Assembly (NCBI RefSeq): GCF_009834535.1
Contig: NC_045696.1
Span: 54,934,001 to 54,998,000, forward strand
Reading direction: 5' to 3'
From: Camelus ferus
Taxonomy: Eukaryota
DNA: 64,000 nt
Shown: positions 63,090 through 64,000 of the stretch, one piece after another
How the letters are laid out: every line of letters begins with the position of its first letter
Numbering within the stretch: position 1 is the stretch's first letter
Program-made: the position numbers and the translations under genes
Notes under the pieces: model-generated
What the model saw: the letters and a program-made list of their open reading frames with translations, nothing else
What the model was told of the DNA's origin: nothing
The model's database searches: none

Positions 63090-63880
63090 TTTCCACCTCC
63101 CTCCTTAAAGAGAAACTTCATTAAAAGCTAACCTGAAATGTTTTCTTCTAGATTAGTTTCAATGAATTTACAAATGTACCTATCTGCATGTACATAGTTC
63201 AATAACAGGATCCTATTTATAAATGTATTTCTGTGACTTTTTCCCATATAGTGTACAACGTGAACAATGCCGGTGTCTCCATGGTAGTGTGAATACATCC
63301 ATCACCTTTGCAATAGCCACATAGTATTAAATTACCTACATACACCATAAGTAAATTTTACCTTCATGAATGAACATTGTGTGCATGTGTTTTTGTTTTA
63401 TTTCGTTTTTTTGCTATTTACAACGACAAACTCAATATCCTTGTATATAAGTTTGTGCCCATATGTGAGTATTTCTCTGGCATAGAGTCAAAACATGAAA
63501 TTTCTAGGTCAGAGGTTATGTGTGTTTTACATCTGATAAAATCTAGAAAATTGCTTTTCAAAAAAACTTGTGCCAATTTACATTTCCACCAACATTGGAA
63601 GATAATCCCTATTTCCTCATAAACACATCAAAACCAAAAATTTTCAATCTTTCACAACATTCTTTCCCATCTGATGTACAAACATTCATGCTGTTTTGCT
63701 TTAATTTGCATTTCTGTGATTTTTAGTACAGCTTGTTTTTCCACAAAGTACACTGGTCCTCTGTATTCTTCTATAAATGTATCCATTTAAAAAATTTACT
63801 TGTCTTTCTTCCTTGCACTATATAAGCGATCCTTATGTATTAAGAATGCATTTTGTCACATATATTGCAAGTATATTGAA
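63090..63880 (-). mobile_element. Old L1 (L1ME-like) 3' region
   Basis: 'ttttttgctatttacaacgac', 'gaaatttctaggtcagaggttatg', 'ccaatttacatttccaccaaca', 'gctttaatttgcatttctgtgat'. Confidence 0.72.
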
Positions 63881-64000
63881 AAGTCGGCAAAATACTCTAA
63901 TACTATCAATAAAAAATAATAATGATGATGATATATAATAATCCAACTCTGTAAAAGGCAGGATTTTTGAGTCCATACACCTAACCTGCCATAGTTTGGG

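Noticed and set aside
1..64000. CRISPR array, operon or other prokaryotic-style system; protein-coding gene model from the ORF track
   Set aside because: The sequence is mammalian and shows no regularly spaced repeat-spacer array. The remaining ORFs are short, low-complexity or repeat-derived, and resemble no host protein I recognise.

Overview
This is AT-rich placental-mammal genomic DNA, most likely from a camelid (alpaca, llama or camel). That inference rests on a tRNA-Ala-derived Vic-1-like SINE, cetartiodactyl-type L1 3' ends, and no recognisable Alu, BovB/Bov-tA, PRE-1 or Can-SINE. I cannot support any protein-coding gene, functional RNA gene or CRISPR array. The few ORFs with recognisable homology are dead retroelement fragments (L1 ORF1/ORF2), and ERV-L gag/RT and CR1 RT motifs can be read by hand outside the ORF track. 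The window looks intergenic or deep-intronic. It is dominated by layered transposon fossils: L1 of several ages, HAL1, L2, L3/CR1, MIR, MaLR/ERVL/ERV1 LTRs, a truncated ERV3-16A3-like provirus and hAT MITEs. Between these lie several islands of unique DNA. The best is ~25.3-26.9 kb, which carries a tight PBX-HOX/MEIS motif cluster plus OCT, SOX and GATA sites and is a candidate developmental enhancer. I found no convincing novel multi-gene system. Repeat family names come from remembered consensus sequences, not from a search, and boundaries are approximate unless termini or target-site duplications (TSDs) are quoted.
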